From Atopobium sp. (GTDB lineage Bacteria; Actinomycetota; Coriobacteriia; Coriobacteriales; Atopobiaceae), in contig JABZHR010000003.1 in the NCBI GenBank assembly GCA_015258715.1, positions 48,872 to 112,871 of the forward strand: a stretch of DNA of 64,000 bases. The letters run 5' to 3'. The notes beneath the pieces were generated by a model, which made no database searches, was not told the origin of the DNA, and saw only the letters and a program-made list of their open reading frames with translations. Positions 9,650 to 18,624 of the stretch are shown here, in pieces (position 1 is the stretch's first letter; each line of letters begins with the position of its first letter). Position numbers and translations under genes: made by a program.

Positions 9650-10945
9650 TTACTCCCATGCCCATTGTCCATTTACGAAAATTGGTGTTTCTTTTCCATC
9701 GGCAGAAATTCCCCAAATGTTCAAATCGTCTGCACCAATCATAAAATCGACGTGTGTTGTGCTCTGATTGATGCCATGAGCCAAGAGTTCATCAGGGTTC
9801 ATCTCAAGACCGCCCTCCAGGCACTCTGGGAAGCCCATTCCAAGTGCTAAGTGGCAGCTAGCGTTCTCGTCATACAAGGTGTCGTAGAACAAAATACCGC
9901 TCTGGCGAATAGGGGTATTCTTGGAGATAAGAGCGCATTCTCCCAGGTACTTACCACCTTTTTGAGAAACAATAGAGGTCAGAACGTCCTTACCCTGTTC
10001 AGCGCCGTAGTCAACAACCTCGCCATCTTTGAAGGTAAACCAGAAGTTCTTAACAATCTGTCCAGCATGAATCAGCGGCAGCGCAGAGTGAACAGTGCCG
10101 TTTACCTTGCGATAATTTGGCGTGGTAAAGACTTCCTCAGTAGGAATGTTGGGGAAGAACAAGGTTCCGTCCTGAGTCTTGCCAGCGCCACCCTCCCAAA
10201 GATGTCCTGGATTCATGCCAATAGTCAGGTTAGTTCCATTTGAAGACTCATAACGAAGCTCTTCAAACTGATGAGAATTCATGAAGCGCTTGGTCTTCTC
10301 AAACGTTGCATTGTGGGTCTCCCAAGCACTCTGAGGATCTTCTCCACTTGCATGAGCAACGTCCAAAATAGCAACCCAAAGCCTGTAGATTGCCTCAGCC
10401 TTAGAAAGCTCTGGGAAAATTACCTTTGCCCATTCAGCTGCAGGAACACCAGCAATGCACCAAACGTTTTTACCAAAGTCCATGCCGTTTCTAAAGACGT
10501 CGCACTCCAGATTTCTTGCGCGAGAAACAGCAGCTGGCTTTTCTGGATCAATACCCTTCAGACCATTTGGATCATCAGACGAGAGGAACAAAAATGCTGC
10601 ACCCTGCTCTGCAAGAGAGTTAAGCTGCTCAATCTTCCAGCTTGGAGTTTTAGAAAGACGAGCCAGATCTACGTTTTCGTACATGATTCTTGAGGACTCT
10701 TGATCGCCCCAAATAACCGTGACAAATTCTGCACCAGCTGCATAGGCTGCGCGCTGAACTCTACGAGCAAAATCAGCAATCTCAATTGAAGCGTTAATTA
10801 CCAGCTGACTTCCCTCAGAAATTGCGCATCCCTTCTTCACAAGAAGCTCAGCGTATTTATCAATCTGATCAGACAGCGCATCGAGGGCAATCTTTACCTC
10901 TTGGTCTGTCATAGGAATTTGTGCCATCTTGTTCCCTTCAACCAT
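9650..10945 (-). CDS. M29-family aminopeptidase (AmpS/PepS-like). The probable start is the internal Met (MAQIP) at 10927, which has a GAAGGG ribosome-binding site.
   Basis: The length is ~425 aa. The overall sequence pattern is typical of thermophilic-type aminopeptidase T/II (M29). Confidence 0.75.
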   Translation of the reverse strand: MVEGNKMAQIPMTDQEVKIALDALSDQIDKYAELLVKKGCAISEGSQLVINASIEIADFARRVQRAAYAAGAEFVTVIWGDQESSRIMYENVDLARLSKTPSWKIEQLNSLAEQGAAFLFLSSDDPNGLKGIDPEKPAAVSRARNLECDVFRNGMDFGKNVWCIAGVPAAEWAKVIFPELSKAEAIYRLWVAILDVAHASGEDPQSAWETHNATFEKTKRFMNSHQFEELRYESSNGTNLTIGMNPGHLWEGGAGKTQDGTLFFPNIPTEEVFTTPNYRKVNGTVHSALPLIHAGQIVKNFWFTFKDGEVVDYGAEQGKDVLTSIVSQKGGKYLGECALISKNTPIRQSGILFYDTLYDENASCHLALGMGFPECLEGGLEMNPDELLAHGINQSTTHVDFMIGADDLNIWGISADGKETPIFVNGQWAWE

Positions 10946-11060
10946 CGATCTACTTAATTCAAGAAATTAAGAGCAAACGTTTTGGCGATAAATCCAAAGT
11001 ATTTCCGTTCCACTTCTACCCGAACAGCCTTCTTCACAACGCCAAATTTCAATCTTGTCC

Positions 11061-11085
11061 ATAAAAAGAGCCCCGAAGGGCTCTT
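11061..11085 (-). terminator. Terminator after tRNA-Gly
   Basis: The aagagcccc gaag gggctctt hairpin is followed by a T-run on the minus strand. Confidence 0.5.
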
Positions 11086-11094
11086 GTATGTCAT

Positions 11095-11169
11095 TGGAGC
11101 GGGCAACGGGATTCGAACCCGCGGATGATGGCTTGGGAAGCCATTGCCTTACCACTTGGCGATGCCCGC
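11095..11169 (-). tRNA. tRNA-Gly (anticodon CCC)
   Basis: The reverse complement gcgggcatcgccaagtggtaaggc...uuCCCaa...gggttcgaatccc...tcca folds as a cloverleaf. The discriminator is U and the CCA end is encoded. Confidence 0.85.
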
Positions 11170-11584
11170 AATTGTGTAGATTTTATCACAGTATTTTTTG
11201 CCTTTTAATTGCTCGCTTGGCAACTAGATAAAAGTTTGATGCGTTGTTTTCTGCCTAGCTGCTTGTATACAACAAAAATGCACCTACACAAATTTTCTTT
11301 GTCAGAAATTGGACAAGCGCTGGTCAGAGTAGGCGCAAAATCACTCTTTAGCATGCTCTCCAACGAAAGGAGCGCTATGCAAAAGTACTTTTGGCGAGAA
11401 ACCCCCGCACACCACTATCCCACCTCTTATAGACGCCTACTCTCCACCCGACAACTCCACCTTCCTCGGGCAAAGCTGCTTGGCGGAGACCCCGTCATGC
11501 CAAGCAGCTTTCCTTCCATAGGGCATGCAGGTCTACGGTCGCGTCTAGCAGATAGGTTTTCTCGCAAACCTGAGGCTCCCCCAT

Positions 11585-11613
11585 AAAGAAAAAGACCGGT
11601 GAACACCGGTCTT
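11585..11613 (-). terminator. Terminator after the Fur-family gene
   Basis: The gaccggtgttcaccggtc hairpin is followed by TTTTTCTTT on the minus strand. Confidence 0.5.
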
Positions 11614-11640
11614 AAAGAGAGCTGTTTTGTTGCAATGCAA

Positions 11641-12042
11641 TTAGTTTACGCTGTGATGAAGCGCTGGATTCTTAGCTAGGCACTCATTACAAATACCTGT
11701 AAAGCACAAGGCGTAAGAGTCAATCTCGCCACAAGAGTCCTTGGTGAGGCTGGTAAGATCCCTTAAAACTGGTCCATCAACATCAAAGACACGGCCGCAC
11801 TCATGACACTGGAAGTGGGCATGCTCAGTTGTAGTTGGATCAAAACGAGAGATGTTATCACCGGTATTAACAACCTGAAGCTCACCTGCGTCAACGAGCT
11901 GCATAAGGTTACGGTAAACGGTTCCAAGAGAGATGTTTGGTAGTTCCTCTCTTACTGCCGCATACACGCTATCTGCTGTTGGATGGTCGTGGCGACCTTC
12001 CATATACGTACGAATTGCCTCACGTTGCTTACTGTAACGCAC
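11641..12042 (-). CDS. Fur-family metal-responsive transcriptional regulator (Fur/Zur/PerR type)
   Basis: The 133-aa ORF has an N-terminal winged helix and C-terminal HxH, CxxC and CxxC metal-site motifs (HFQCHEC...CNEC). Confidence 0.8.
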   Translation of the reverse strand: MRYSKQREAIRTYMEGRHDHPTADSVYAAVREELPNISLGTVYRNLMQLVDAGELQVVNTGDNISRFDPTTTEHAHFQCHECGRVFDVDGPVLRDLTSLTKDSCGEIDSYALCFTGICNECLAKNPALHHSVN

Positions 12043-12187
12043 GATAACCTCATTAATTAGTAAGTGTTACTGATTACTGATACGTTAACACTAATTGTCT
12101 ATATGTTGCAACAAAAGCTCTTATTTATGCATTACAAAAATCTCATCATACGCAATCTACCTCTGATTTTTCAGTTTGGAGGCACGC

Positions 12188-14443
12188 ATGTTTATCACAA
12201 AATCCTCAAAACCTAAGAAGGAAGCAGTCACCCGGAAGCGCTCCTTTGCTTCTGCCTGTCACTTTTGGTTTATCCCTCTGTTGATTGGAGCTCTCTTACT
12301 AAGTCATTTTTTCCTAAAGCCTGCTCATAGACTTGCTTTTGCACAAGAGCCCTCTTTTACCGTTGCACAAAGAGAAGATTTTCCTGGTGGACAACAAATT
12401 CCTATGTGGACCGCTAGCGACGGTACGTATCTTTACTGTGGAGATGAGTTCAATCACTATGGCGCCTGGCCAGGAGCAACTGGAAGTGTAATTGATCCGC
12501 AGTCTTATACAAAACTCACCTCAGCTAACGGCGCTCGCGGTGGAACGTATACCGCCGAGCAGCTTCGAGCAATTGACTACATCATCTATCACGGAGCAAC
12601 TGCGTCCCAAGAAAAAGACGTATATGGCTATACAGGTTGGAAGGCGCGGGCCATCACGCAGTTTGCGCTTTGGGCGGTTATGCGCGGAGAAGCTCATGCT
12701 CTTGCGGTAAGTGTTCCTCAGGCAGAGCTTCATCAACCTATTGAACAGTTCTATTCCGATGCTCTGAACTATGCTCAAAACAACGGCGGCGGTCCTGAAA
12801 ACGGAGTTGCAAAGCTGTTCGTGCCCACAGGAGACAAGCAGGTTCTGTTTTTCTTTGGACAACAATCTGGCTCTCTCAAAATCACCAAAGGCTCGTTATT
12901 ACCCGATGTCACTTCAAATAACGAGCACTACTCCCTAGAAAGCGCTGTTTACGGAGTATATTCTGATGAGGGTTGCACCAATCTTCTTGGCAGCCTCACC
13001 CTTGATAAATCTGGGTCTGCAACACTCAACAATCTTCCTGTTGGAACGGTGTATGTAAAGGAAACCACTGCTCCAAAGGGCTTTCTTCTTGACCAATCGG
13101 TTCATACTGTAAAAATAACAAACCAGGAAGAGAACACTCTCACGGTTACCGATACTCCTATTGGAGAGTTTGATCTACGCATTTCAAAACAAGACTTTGA
13201 CCACAGCACGAGCCTCGACGAAGACGCTCGTTCTGAGCAGCAAAGCGCTTCTCCCCAAGGAAACGCAACGCTTCAAGGCGCGCTTTTTAAAGTGACCTAT
13301 AGAGGCTCTGCTGAAACAACACTAAGAACATGGGTTTTCTCGACCGACGAACAAGGTTTTGCCTCTTTTGATGCAGACCATAAGGTTTCTGGAGATGACC
13401 TTTTTACTCTTGGCGAGAAACCCTGGCTACCTTTGGGGTATTACCAAATCGAAGAAATTCAAGCTCCAGAGGGCTATAAACTCCCAGAACTTTCTCTTCA
13501 AACCTGGAAGCTATCAAGCCAAGACGGAAATCTATTCTGGACAAATATCTCTAGCGGAAAAGTAAATCCTTCCTCTGAACACCTCTTCACCTTTAAAGAC
13601 GAGGTAATAAAAGGAAGTCTTAAGATTAAGAAAATTGGACACACTTCTCTAAGTTCACCCGATGGTTATTCTGAGGCAGAAGAAATGCCAAGTTTAAAGG
13701 GTGCCAAAATTGAGCTAACTAATAGCTCTGCTCAACCCGTCTTCTATCAGGGAAAATGGATTGCCCCGCACGAAGTTGTCACCACAGTAGAAACAGACGA
13801 ATCTGGAGAGGCCGCCGTTAAAGACCTTCCCTTTGGCTCTTATTCGCTTAAAGAGGTGGTAGCTCCAGCAGGTTACTCTCTTAACAAAGAGTGGAATCCA
13901 ACGGTTACCCTAACTTCTGAAGAGACCGTAGAAGTGCCCGAGCTCATTGATGAAAGAATTTCTTTACAAACGATGCTTGTGGATGCTGCTGGATCAAAAA
14001 ATCCTGAATATGCCGAGAAACTCAATCTTGTTGATCACATTAAATACGAGGGTCTTATCCCAGGAGAAGAGTACGAAATTACCGGAGAGCTCTATGAAAC
14101 AAAACAGCTCCAAGAAGGTACAGCAGAGCCCATCGCTCGCGGAACTGTCCGCTTCAAAGCTCCTACCTCATCGGGAGAAGCTGCGGTTCCTTTTTCTGTA
14201 AGGACTGCTTCACTTGAAGGTAAAGAAGTTACTGCCTACGAAACAATCTCAAAAGATGGTGAGAAGGTTGCTTCGCACACCGACAGTCACTCTAAAGCAC
14301 AAACTATTCGTGTAACCCCTAAGCCTCATCTTCCTGGAACAGCAGATAATGCCTATGCAGTTCCCCTTTTACTAGCCCTGGCAGGATCAGTACTCATTGG
14401 ATGTGTCCACTTATTTGCAGCAAAAATAAGGCGCTCTTTTTAG
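12188..14443 (+). CDS. Cell-surface adhesin. It has a signal peptide, an N-terminal thioester (TQxA) domain, several CnaB/SpaA-type beta-sandwich repeats, and a C-terminal sorting-signal-like tail.
   Basis: GGAGG sits 5 nt upstream of the ATG at 12188. The thioester Cys is in LYCGDEF and the Gln is in AITQFALW (the TQxA[IV]W motif). Repeated Y.V.E...P.GY segments occur (YVKETTAPKGF, YYQIEEIQAPEGY, YSLKEVVAPAGY). The C-terminus reads LPGTA + hydrophobic helix + KIRRSF. Confidence 0.7.
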   Translation: MFITKSSKPKKEAVTRKRSFASACHFWFIPLLIGALLLSHFFLKPAHRLAFAQEPSFTVAQREDFPGGQQIPMWTASDGTYLYCGDEFNHYGAWPGATGSVIDPQSYTKLTSANGARGGTYTAEQLRAIDYIIYHGATASQEKDVYGYTGWKARAITQFALWAVMRGEAHALAVSVPQAELHQPIEQFYSDALNYAQNNGGGPENGVAKLFVPTGDKQVLFFFGQQSGSLKITKGSLLPDVTSNNEHYSLESAVYGVYSDEGCTNLLGSLTLDKSGSATLNNLPVGTVYVKETTAPKGFLLDQSVHTVKITNQEENTLTVTDTPIGEFDLRISKQDFDHSTSLDEDARSEQQSASPQGNATLQGALFKVTYRGSAETTLRTWVFSTDEQGFASFDADHKVSGDDLFTLGEKPWLPLGYYQIEEIQAPEGYKLPELSLQTWKLSSQDGNLFWTNISSGKVNPSSEHLFTFKDEVIKGSLKIKKIGHTSLSSPDGYSEAEEMPSLKGAKIELTNSSAQPVFYQGKWIAPHEVVTTVETDESGEAAVKDLPFGSYSLKEVVAPAGYSLNKEWNPTVTLTSEETVEVPELIDERISLQTMLVDAAGSKNPEYAEKLNLVDHIKYEGLIPGEEYEITGELYETKQLQEGTAEPIARGTVRFKAPTSSGEAAVPFSVRTASLEGKEVTAYETISKDGEKVASHTDSHSKAQTIRVTPKPHLPGTADNAYAVPLLLALAGSVLIGCVHLFAAKIRRSF

Positions 14444-14468
14444 TTATGCAATCCTGCCTTTACGCTAA

Positions 14469-14500
14469 AAAGAAAGGGCAGAAATCTCTGCCCTTTCTTG
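14469..14500. terminator. Bidirectional terminator between the convergent adhesin and M28-like genes
   Basis: The aagaaagggcagaaatctctgccctttctt hairpin is flanked by A and T runs. Confidence 0.5.
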
Positions 14501-14530
14501 AAAACTTGCTCTAGTTAGTAACTTGTTCGT

Positions 14531-16492
14531 TTATGAGCGTCTAATAAGCTCAGTAACAAGAGCTGCTGCGTCAGCGCACTGACCAGCGTTGACATTCTCG
14601 CGAACATCAGCGGCGGTACGGCTGAGTGCAGGAAGTCCATCCTCGTTTAAGCCCATTAAGGTAACGGAACGAACTGAATTCTGCATTGCAGGAGTTGCGT
14701 CAGTGGTGCCCCAGTCAAATGCGCTCTGCTCAACATCGATATGAAGATCAGTTGCAATAGTAGAAAGGAGTCGAGTCATTCTACGGTCAGCACGGCGAAC
14801 GTTGCCAATTCCCTCGTTCTTAAGAATGGAGAGTGAACCAGCACCAACGCAGTCAAGGTTAATCAGGAAAGCACCGCGAATATCAGTTCTGTGCTTTGAG
14901 AGGAACTCTCTCATGCCTGCGTGATCAAAGTCAGATGCTCCAAGCGCAACAAACCAAATGTCATGTGCAATGAGCTCATCATCAGAGAGAGACAGAACGG
15001 CGTTACGAAGATCATCCTCAGAAATAGCAGGTGCATCTTCAGAGTCGGTCTCTTCACGATTCTCAGCAGATAGAGCTGCGCCGCCCTTCCAATCATCCGA
15101 TGGACCGTCATTGCGACCGAAGAGTCTAAAGGAACGACGCTTTGCCTCAGGGGTCTTTGCGTCTTGCGCCTCAGTTAGGCCCTCATCGGCTGAAATGGTG
15201 TCAAATGGGCTCTCTGCATCTTCTGCATCAGGAGTTGGCGCAGGTGCCTGAGTTGGGACATAGTGAGGAGCTGGCTCGGAAGATGGAGCCAGAGGATCAA
15301 CAGCATCGCCAGAAGGATCAGGAAGATCAAAGAGAGACGCGCGACGAGCAAAATCGTTCTTTGCATGGAGCTCATGTGTTGCATCAGGCTGTACCTGCGT
15401 TGCATCTGCATCAGCGGACTCATGAACCTGCTTCATAGTTGCATTAAGCTCATCGTCAACAGAATCATAAGCAACGGTGTTGTCAGCAGCATCCTCAGCC
15501 TGCTCATCTTCTGTTGTTGCATTTACAGCCTCTGCAACATCCTCAAGAGATGCAGTCTGGCTTGCACCAGTAGTGTCATAAGCAACGTAGCTTACTTCGC
15601 AGTCCTCAGGAAGAATGCCCAGTGAATTGAGAACTTCCTCGCCGTGACGGACACCCTCTACCTCATCAGGCTCTGGGATAAGTGCAGCAGCATCTCCTGC
15701 AAAGTGATGAATGACCTCAGGACGATGGCCGGTAGGACGGACATTCTCGAGAATACCAAGAAGGGCTGCAACTGAAGACTTGTTATTGTTTGCGCCAATG
15801 GTACAAGGTGCAAAACGCTCTGCAATAGTTGCAACAGAAAGGGCGACAAGTGGAAGAGCTGCAAGAATACCAACAATCCAGAAAAGGACACGAACTGGAT
15901 CAGGAAGGAAGCGAAGAATCTGAACAAATGTAGCAACAAATACTGCAACTACACACCAACGCGAATACTTCTGTGCAAGAGGTACGTACTTTGCTACAGG
16001 AGACTCAACAAGGAAGTTTGTATGTGGGGAGTCATAGTGAGCAACGATGACGATTGGACGGTTGCCCTTTGCAACAAGCTCGCCAGTGGCCTCGTGCTTA
16101 GCAACAACGTTCTGGCTTCTGATGGAAGATCCAAATGAACCAAGAATGTCATTACCAAAGTACTTGAGGCAAGTAAGCACACCAAAGCCAGCAACAAGCA
16201 AAACGCCAAAAGCAATAAGTGCTGCATTGCCAGTGCCCGCAAAAATAACGCCAATGAAGAGGAGGATTAAATAGATTGAATAACCAAGACTCTTAATAGA
16301 CTTAGCATCAAATTCTTCAATGGTTGCCTCAAGCCCGTGAAGCTTCATTTCTTCAGCAATGGTTTGAGCAGCCTGAAGCTCCTCTTGGCTACCGGCAGGA
16401 GCAATATCAATCTGCTCGTCTAGATAGTCAACATAGTCATGTGTAATGGCCATACTACGTCCTTCGTTGGCATGTCTTCTGACAGGTTTCAT
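14531..16492 (-). CDS. M28-peptidase-like membrane protein. It has internal TM helices, degenerate metal-ligand motifs, and an acidic low-complexity region.
   Basis: M28-like blocks are present (VAHYDSPHT, GANNNKSSVAALLGILE, FLINLDCVGAG). The canonical Asp ligands are replaced in GANNN, and there is no clear EE motif. Several hydrophobic helices sit between the blocks. Confidence 0.5.
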   Translation of the reverse strand: MKPVRRHANEGRSMAITHDYVDYLDEQIDIAPAGSQEELQAAQTIAEEMKLHGLEATIEEFDAKSIKSLGYSIYLILLFIGVIFAGTGNAALIAFGVLLVAGFGVLTCLKYFGNDILGSFGSSIRSQNVVAKHEATGELVAKGNRPIVIVAHYDSPHTNFLVESPVAKYVPLAQKYSRWCVVAVFVATFVQILRFLPDPVRVLFWIVGILAALPLVALSVATIAERFAPCTIGANNNKSSVAALLGILENVRPTGHRPEVIHHFAGDAAALIPEPDEVEGVRHGEEVLNSLGILPEDCEVSYVAYDTTGASQTASLEDVAEAVNATTEDEQAEDAADNTVAYDSVDDELNATMKQVHESADADATQVQPDATHELHAKNDFARRASLFDLPDPSGDAVDPLAPSSEPAPHYVPTQAPAPTPDAEDAESPFDTISADEGLTEAQDAKTPEAKRRSFRLFGRNDGPSDDWKGGAALSAENREETDSEDAPAISEDDLRNAVLSLSDDELIAHDIWFVALGASDFDHAGMREFLSKHRTDIRGAFLINLDCVGAGSLSILKNEGIGNVRRADRRMTRLLSTIATDLHIDVEQSAFDWGTTDATPAMQNSVRSVTLMGLNEDGLPALSRTAADVRENVNAGQCADAAALVTELIRRS

Positions 16493-16642
16493 ACATACGT
16501 CATTAGTATACGTCTTATATCGAAATATAGCGGTTAAAGTGTATTTTTACGTCCAAATTTAGAAATTCTGCACTAAATATCAAAAACTTTCGTATATGTT
16601 TAGAGAGATTTGAGTTCAGGTAGCAAAAAGCGGGAGGTGGAT

Positions 16643-17623
16643 ATGGCTTCAAATAATCAAACTCTAGGCAACAACGAGCTAGGTGCCTGGAGGATTTTCT
16701 CGCTATTTATGCTGCTACTTCAAAAGGGGCCTTTACCTTCGGCAGAGATTTATACGACGATTTACTCGGATTTGTCTACTGATTCAGCTTCAAGAACGTT
16801 TTCAAGAGATCGCGCTGTTCTAAAATCACTCGGATTTGCAATTACTGAGGTAAAAACAGGAAAAGAGAAGTCGTTCTATCTTTCGGACTCAAATTTCTTT
16901 GATTCCTCGTACGACTTAAGCCCTGAAGATGCCAATCAACTGCTTGTTATCTGCAGCGCAGTTCTCACTGATACAACTTTTGTGTACCAGGAGGAACTAA
17001 GAAACGCGCTATCTAAAATTGTGGGTAATTTTTATTCCTCAGATTCAGACAAGCCAGGGAGCCAAAAACTCAGTGCTTCTTCTCAAAGCAAAGTCTTTCC
17101 TGTTCTCTATGAGTCCCTCAGCTCTAAACAACGGGTAAAGATCACGTATACAAACTCGCAAGAACAGGTCAAACAAAGGCATCTTGGTATTCTGGACTTC
17201 TTTGTTTCACAGGGACTTCTGTACTTTGTGGCTCAAGATTTTTCGTCCAACAGTAAGACTGCTTCTATCAAAACTTTTCGCATTAACCGTGTTTTAGATG
17301 CTGCAATTCTTAAAGATGAGCACTTCTCCATTCCGGAAGATTTTGATTCAAACGACTACAACCTGCTTGATTTCCAGCTCGGATCGCAGGCTGGCACTCT
17401 TGTTGCGTTTGTCCCCAAAAACATACTCGCTGCTTTTGAGCATTTCTCGCAGGGTCAAGGCGATATTGAGTCTCTCCCTAATGGAGCTTTATGGACTGTT
17501 GCCTACGCTCATGAAGACGCTGCTTTATCTTGGATTCTTGCTCATGGGTTGATTCCAAGATCTCCAGAGTCTCTTCTCGCAAAATGGAAAGAGTCTTTAA
17601 GCGAGGTGGCCGATGGCTGTTAA
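16643..17623 (+). CDS. WYL-domain transcriptional regulator, PafB-like. The ORF extends to 16610, but the ATG at 16643 has a GGGAGGTGG ribosome-binding site.
   Basis: The N-terminal winged HTH (IFSLFMLLLQKGPLPSAEIY...SRTFSRDRAVLKSLGFAI) is typical of PafBC/WYL regulators. A central WYL-like beta region follows (LYFVAQD). Confidence 0.55.
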   Translation: MASNNQTLGNNELGAWRIFSLFMLLLQKGPLPSAEIYTTIYSDLSTDSASRTFSRDRAVLKSLGFAITEVKTGKEKSFYLSDSNFFDSSYDLSPEDANQLLVICSAVLTDTTFVYQEELRNALSKIVGNFYSSDSDKPGSQKLSASSQSKVFPVLYESLSSKQRVKITYTNSQEQVKQRHLGILDFFVSQGLLYFVAQDFSSNSKTASIKTFRINRVLDAAILKDEHFSIPEDFDSNDYNLLDFQLGSQAGTLVAFVPKNILAAFEHFSQGQGDIESLPNGALWTVAYAHEDAALSWILAHGLIPRSPESLLAKWKESLSEVADGC

Positions 17624-18599
17624 GAACACCTCTTTTGGAAGAAAAAACATTTCTTCGGCCGTCTACAAACTCGTGTTGCTTGCCACTGCATTGAGAGATT
17701 CTTTTGACGCGGTTGAGTTAAGTGCGGTCCAGTCGCGCTTTGGCATCTCCTCAGAAGAAGCCGCTATTCTGATGGAGCTCTTGCAGCTCACGGACGAGAA
17801 TGGCTATCTTCCCCTCCCGCTTACTGGAGATCAAGATACTTTGACGCTCGTTGGAGAGTCTCCCTTTAAAACCCGTAGGTTTGTCTTAACGGACGAAGAA
17901 ACATTAGCGCTTAAAGAGGCGTTTACAACACTCGCTTTGCCCCAAGAAAGTGTATTTTGGAGTCTCTTAAAGCCTCCATATACAAAAAGCTCTTCACCGG
18001 ACGGGTCTTCAGCTTCGCTTGTCTCTAAAAGTCATACTAAAGAAGTAGACGCATTCCTTACCTGCTCAAATGCAATTGCGGAGTCACAAGTTATTTCATT
18101 TGTCTATCGTTCTGAGATGGCGTTTGTGGAAGCTCAAGGCAATAAAGAAGCTGTAGTTAGCCAAAGAGACGTTCTTCCCTATCAGTTGTCGTACGGAGAG
18201 AACGGCTGGCTTATAGAGGGAATTGATTTAGGCCTCGAGCAGCAAAGGGTCTTTAGAGTCAATCGCATGAGCCGTATTGAAGCGCAATCCGCTTCGTTTG
18301 ATCAGTTAAAGCTCGCAGAACACGTGAGAGATTCTGCTGAAGAAAAAAGATCACAGTTGGTAGAGCTTGTCTTCCTTGATAAAGGTGCTCTTACACACTA
18401 TTCGTGGCCGGGCCTCAAAACGATTGGCGGTCAGCGCAATGCAACGGAGATTAAAGCAACTATCCCCTATTACGGAGGAACATGGCTGCTACAACGCTTA
18501 CTTGCCCTTAAGGGAAAAGTAACAACCAAAGACCAAACCGTGACACAGGCAATGCGCACTTACGCTGCATCTCTGCTTGCTGCAGAAGAGCAACTTTAA
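17613..18599 (+). CDS. WYL-domain transcriptional regulator, PafC-like. It overlaps the upstream paralogue by 11 nt.
   Basis: At ~328 aa it is a paralogue of the preceding gene and is translationally coupled to it. It carries a GWLIEG WYL-like motif. Confidence 0.55.
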   Translation: MAVKNTSFGRKNISSAVYKLVLLATALRDSFDAVELSAVQSRFGISSEEAAILMELLQLTDENGYLPLPLTGDQDTLTLVGESPFKTRRFVLTDEETLALKEAFTTLALPQESVFWSLLKPPYTKSSSPDGSSASLVSKSHTKEVDAFLTCSNAIAESQVISFVYRSEMAFVEAQGNKEAVVSQRDVLPYQLSYGENGWLIEGIDLGLEQQRVFRVNRMSRIEAQSASFDQLKLAEHVRDSAEEKRSQLVELVFLDKGALTHYSWPGLKTIGGQRNATEIKATIPYYGGTWLLQRLLALKGKVTTKDQTVTQAMRTYAASLLAAEEQL

Positions 18600-18624
18600 G
18601 CCAATTTGGTAGCTGTTAGTGCTG

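Noticed and set aside
11209-11586. A 125-aa plus-strand ORF
   Set aside because: It has no ribosome-binding site and an atypical composition. It overlaps the structured region and the minus-strand terminator.
11170-11640. An SRP RNA (ffs) or RNase P RNA assignment for the structured intergenic region
   Set aside because: Only short fragments resemble conserved motifs (GGAAGGAA, CCAUAGGGCA). The GNRA-tetraloop helix 8 of SRP RNA and the P4 and GGUAAGAGCGCACC blocks of RNase P RNA are absent. It is kept only as an unclassified candidate sRNA.
12176-12187. A TTG start for the adhesin at 12176
   Set aside because: The ATG at 12188 has a GGAGG ribosome-binding site at ideal spacing. The TTG would place the start inside that site.
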